From the NCBI GenBank assembly GCA_965197475.1, contig CBDANF010000003.1:2688001-2752000 (forward strand): a stretch of DNA of 64,000 bases, given 5' to 3'. The number at the start of each line of letters is the position of its first letter. Position 1 is the first letter of the stretch. The stretch comes from Candidatus Poribacteria bacterium. GTDB taxonomy: Bacteria; Poribacteria; WGA-4E; WGA-3G. This document shows positions 60,520 through 64,000 of the stretch, piece by piece. The position numbers were made by a program, and so were the translations under genes. The notes beneath the pieces are model-generated. The model did no database searches. It was not told the DNA's origin and saw only the letters and a list, made by a program, of their open reading frames with translations.

Positions 60520-61182
60520 GTGATAGAAATTAATACCTTCCGCGAGACACTCAAAACGAAAATTATCGGAAATCCGCATATAGAATTCTATCCTGAAGTA
60601 TCATCAACCAATGACATTGCAATCGCACGCGGAAAAGTTGACAGTACCAAAGAAGGAACACTCATCATCGCCGATCACCAAACCGCAGGACGTGGCAGAT
60701 ACGGCAGAACATGGGAGGCACTACTCGGAAAATGTATTCTCGCGTCTGTAGTTTTTAGACATCGACTGAAACAGGAACACGTGTATCTACCGAACCTCAT
60801 CGGAGCACTCTCTATAGCACAAGGCATACATGCTATTACCGAACTTGCGGCACGGATTAAACAGCCAAATGATGTTCGGATTGCGAATAAGAAAGTTGCG
60901 GGTGTCCTAACAGAACTTGAATACGACCAGCATCGTCAACCTTTCTTCGTGTTAGGATTCGGTGTTAATGTCAACATCACGGAGGCAGAATTCGCACCAG
61001 CACTTCGTAAAACCGCAACATCATTACGGATTGCTGCTTCAGAAACTGCCAACGTTGAAATCTGCCGAGTAACACTCTTACAAACAATTTTGCATCGTCT
61101 TGAAGAAAACTATCTGCTTTTGAAATCTGGAAATACTCCACTGATCGACGACCAAGTGAAAGTATGGGAAGAAACAGAATGA
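60520..61182 (+). CDS. birA: Biotin-protein ligase (no HTH; short C-terminus)
   Basis: SSTND, ADHQTAGRGRYGRTW, IKQPNDV, KKVAGVLTE, GFGVNV. Confidence 0.88.
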   Translation: MIEINTFRETLKTKIIGNPHIEFYPEVSSTNDIAIARGKVDSTKEGTLIIADHQTAGRGRYGRTWEALLGKCILASVVFRHRLKQEHVYLPNLIGALSIAQGIHAITELAARIKQPNDVRIANKKVAGVLTELEYDQHRQPFFVLGFGVNVNITEAEFAPALRKTATSLRIAASETANVEICRVTLLQTILHRLEENYLLLKSGNTPLIDDQVKVWEETE

Positions 61183-61616
61183 AAATACTTGTCAGTGCGT
61201 GCCTTCTCGGTGTAAATTGCCGATACGACGGAGGCAACAGCCTCGATGAAAATGCAATGCAACGCCTACAGATAGACGAACTTATACCGGTCTGCCCTGA
61301 AGAAACAGGTGGTCTACCCACACCGCGTCCTCCCGTCGAAATTGTTGGTGGCGATGGGAATGATGTTTTAGATGGTAAGGCGAAAGTGATAACCGCCGAT
61401 GGCGAAGATAAAACCGAAGAATTTTTGAAAGGCGCGCGGCACGCGCTTGAGTTAGCACAAACACAAGGGGCAACCTGCGTTATCCTCAAATCCAAAAGTC
61501 CGTCTTGTGGTTGTGGTGCCATCTATGATGGATCATTTTCGGGAACGCTTATCTCAGGAGATGGCGTTACGACTGCGCTACTCAAACGCCACGGAATAGA
61601 GGTTATTTCAATGTAG
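61179..61616 (+). CDS. DUF523 (TudS/YbbK-like) protein
   Basis: ILVSACLLG..CRYDG, VCPE..GGLPTPR, LKSKSPSCG. Confidence 0.88.
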   Translation: MKILVSACLLGVNCRYDGGNSLDENAMQRLQIDELIPVCPEETGGLPTPRPPVEIVGGDGNDVLDGKAKVITADGEDKTEEFLKGARHALELAQTQGATCVILKSKSPSCGCGAIYDGSFSGTLISGDGVTTALLKRHGIEVISM

Positions 61617-61638
61617 GGGATATACGATAGCGAAGGTG

Positions 61639-62412
61639 TTAGCCAATCAATTTCCGAACCTGTTCCCCAATATCAAGACTGCGCATCAGCGATTCACCTA
61701 CTAAAATAGCGTTTATACCCGCTTCGCGCAAAGACTCCACATCAGCACGCGTATAGATACCGCTCTCACTGACAACAACCTTCCCCGAAGGAATAGATTC
61801 ACGTAACCTGAAAGTCGTTGCTAAATCTGTATGAAAAGTGCGCAAATCTCTATTGTTAATACCTATAATCTCTGCCCCCGTCTCTAACGCAACCGCCAAC
61901 TCCGCTTCTGTATGCACCTCTACCAGAGATGCCAACGAAAGCGATGCAGCGATGTCCATAAATTCACGCAGTTGTTCAGAGGTTAATGCCGCCACAATAA
62001 GTAAAATAGCATCTGCACCTGCCACTCGTGCTTGAAAAATGTGATACGGATCAATCGTAAAATCTTTTCGTAGCAGTGGTACGTCTACAACTTTTCGGAT
62101 AGAGGAAAGATAATCAAGACTCCCATCAAAAAAACGAACATCTGTCAACACAGAAATGGCTGCCGCACCGTTCTCCGCGTAAGTTTCAGCTATATGAATT
62201 GGGTCAAAATCTTTTCGGATGATGCCTTTGCTTGGGGATTTTTTCTTTACCTCGGCAATGAGATTGATATTGTCAGATTGTGCAAGTGCAGACCGAAAAT
62301 CTTTCGTAGGTAGTAGGTTTGCAAGTTTTGATTTTAGAGTGGCAAGCGGCACCTGTTCCTGTTCGATTTGCAGTTCTTTCCGTTTATGGGCTATGATGGT
62401 GTCCAATATCAA
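61639..62412 (-). CDS. trpC: Indole-3-glycerol-phosphate synthase
   Basis: IAEVKKKSPSKG, SVLTD, LRKDF, GINNRDL, SESGI, LVGESLM. Confidence 0.95.
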   Translation of the reverse strand: MILDTIIAHKRKELQIEQEQVPLATLKSKLANLLPTKDFRSALAQSDNINLIAEVKKKSPSKGIIRKDFDPIHIAETYAENGAAAISVLTDVRFFDGSLDYLSSIRKVVDVPLLRKDFTIDPYHIFQARVAGADAILLIVAALTSEQLREFMDIAASLSLASLVEVHTEAELAVALETGAEIIGINNRDLRTFHTDLATTFRLRESIPSGKVVVSESGIYTRADVESLREAGINAILVGESLMRSLDIGEQVRKLIG

Positions 62413-62422
62413 AAGATTTCCC

Positions 62423-63433
62423 TCATTTATTTGATACCGATTTCAAACCTTCCAGTTTCTCCAACGCACTTCCAGAATCAATAGAAACAGTGGCAAGCTC
62501 CAGTCCATTTTCAAGACTCTCTGCTTTTCCACCCGCAACAATTGCAGCAGCAGCATTTAACAACACAATATCTCGTTTAGAGCCTTTTTCACCTTTAAGA
62601 ATACTTGTTGTGATCTCCGCATTTTCTTCCGGCGTGCCCCCGAGAAGTGACGCGGGTTCAGCCTTTTGCATCCCAAGAGTTGTCGGATCAAGTGTATAGT
62701 TTTTTACTTCGCCATTCGCAAGTTCCGAGACGCGCGTCGTGGTCGTAGTCGTGATTTCGTCTAAGCCGTCGTCCCCATGCACCACAAATGCATGCTGTGT
62801 TCCAAGATTGTTGAGGACATTCGCGTGCACCTCTGTCAGTTCCTGTGCATAAACGCCAAGAACCTGTGCCTTCGCACCTGCTGGATTGGTAAGCGGTCCG
62901 ATTGCATTGAAAATTGTGCGGATACCGATTTCTCTACGAGGTCCAATAGCATATTTCATCGCACCATGCAGCATCGGCGCATAAAGAAAACCGATACCAA
63001 TCTCATCAATGCACTGCCCCACGTGTTCAGGCGGAATCTCAATATTCACACCCAATGCCATCAACACGTTTGCACTTCCACTTTGCCGAGTTACACCTCT
63101 GTTACCGTGTTTAGCAACAGGAACACCCGCTCCTGCAACAACAAATGCTGAGGTTGTTGAAATGTTGAATGAGTGCAATCCCGTGCCACCTGTACTACAG
63201 GTATCAACGAGCAACGACTGTTGTGTCGGGATAGTGGTGGCTTTGGTGCGCATGACGCGAGCTGCCCCCGTAATTTCTTTTATCGTTTCCCCTTTGAGTC
63301 GCAGTGCTGTCAGGAAGCAAGCAATTTGTGCATCTGTCGTTTGCCCCTCCATGATCTCATCCATTGTCCCGACCATTTCTGCTTCGGTCAAAGAATTCCC
63401 ATCAATTACCTTCTGAATAGCTTCACGAATCAC
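62423..63433 (-). CDS. trpD: Anthranilate phosphoribosyltransferase
   Basis: DTCSTGG, FNIST, VAKHGNR, RTIFN, DGLDEI. Confidence 0.95.
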   Translation of the reverse strand: MIREAIQKVIDGNSLTEAEMVGTMDEIMEGQTTDAQIACFLTALRLKGETIKEITGAARVMRTKATTIPTQQSLLVDTCSTGGTGLHSFNISTTSAFVVAGAGVPVAKHGNRGVTRQSGSANVLMALGVNIEIPPEHVGQCIDEIGIGFLYAPMLHGAMKYAIGPRREIGIRTIFNAIGPLTNPAGAKAQVLGVYAQELTEVHANVLNNLGTQHAFVVHGDDGLDEITTTTTTRVSELANGEVKNYTLDPTTLGMQKAEPASLLGGTPEENAEITTSILKGEKGSKRDIVLLNAAAAIVAGGKAESLENGLELATVSIDSGSALEKLEGLKSVSNK

Positions 63434-63712
63434 GCAACGTCCCTCCCAGAAATTTTCTATGTTCTATCAGTAATAATATCTCATATCTGTTTATTTCAAG
63501 AATAGTAAGGTCATTTAGTTTTCTAAAAATTTAGATTTTCGACTTAAGACTCTCCGCTGTAGGAACGACCATAGCCATCAATTTAGCGTGTGCAATGTCC
63601 AACTAACATTGTAGGGTAGGGTCCCTGTGCGCCGCCCTACAGTAAAAACACAAAAGATTCTTCGTCCATTGAACCCATGTGCCGAAATATTTACACACCC
63701 TCAACCATCCTT

Positions 63713-64000
63713 TTATTTTACAATTTCTGCCAACTTTGATCCTAAGTATTGCTGCAAAACGGGATAAACTTCAGTTTGTCTCTGGTTTCGTTGCTGCCGG
63801 AAACAATCGGCTAAATCCCTACAAAAAGCAAGTAATTTGTCAGAATCGTTGGCGTGCATCTGGTAAAAAAGAAGTTTATAGTGAGCGATGGTTGTGTGTT
63901 GCGGGGTTGCGTTGTCTAAAATTTGCTGACAGTTAGTTCGCTCCCGATCAAGTAGATCTTCAGCACACCATCCTAATTGCACAAGTGTCCAATTCGTCAT
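63713..64000 (-). CDS. Hypothetical protein, probably the 3' end of a gene entering from the right edge
   Basis: Open frame from the window edge to a stop at 63713; no motif recognised. Confidence 0.4.
   Translation of the reverse strand: MTNWTLVQLGWCAEDLLDRERTNCQQILDNATPQHTTIAHYKLLFYQMHANDSDKLLAFCRDLADCFRQQRNQRQTEVYPVLQQYLGSKLAEIVK

Overview
A 64-kb bacterial chromosomal segment. The WD40/TPR/lamin-tail secreted proteins, the C-terminal LLPNYPNPFNPETWIPY and KLTTLWGGLK motifs, the PhyH and sulfotransferase genes and the dense REP/MITE repeats suggest Candidatus Poribacteria or a relative (inference). Housekeeping genes (thrC-like, lysC, nadE, rbsK, birA, trpC, trpD, ABC components) alternate with accessory DNA. 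Highlights: (1) a 2006-bp TA-flanked element with short inverted ends (20243-22248) carrying only two DUF1670 paralogs, a predicted circle-junction promoter and an internal promoter upstream of a structured non-coding segment; (2) an SspBCD-like phosphorothioation operon followed by an SBD-HNH nuclease and an OLD-type ATPase-TOPRIM gene instead of sspE (46879-54980); (3) a 68-nt tRNA-Ala/tmRNA-like RNA clamped in a 16-bp inverted repeat between convergent promoters (34682-34789), upstream of (4) a strongly eukaryote-like glutamine-dependent NAD+ synthetase; (5) a >970-codon Prim-Pol/helicase-like ORF missing from the ORF track, carrying an in-frame REP insertion; (6) several MITE families with visible target-site duplications, a tandemly amplified MITE array, IS982, an MTase-HNH plus PIN-like pair and an Rpn gene with an internal start. 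All family calls come from motif recognition by eye; no searches were run.
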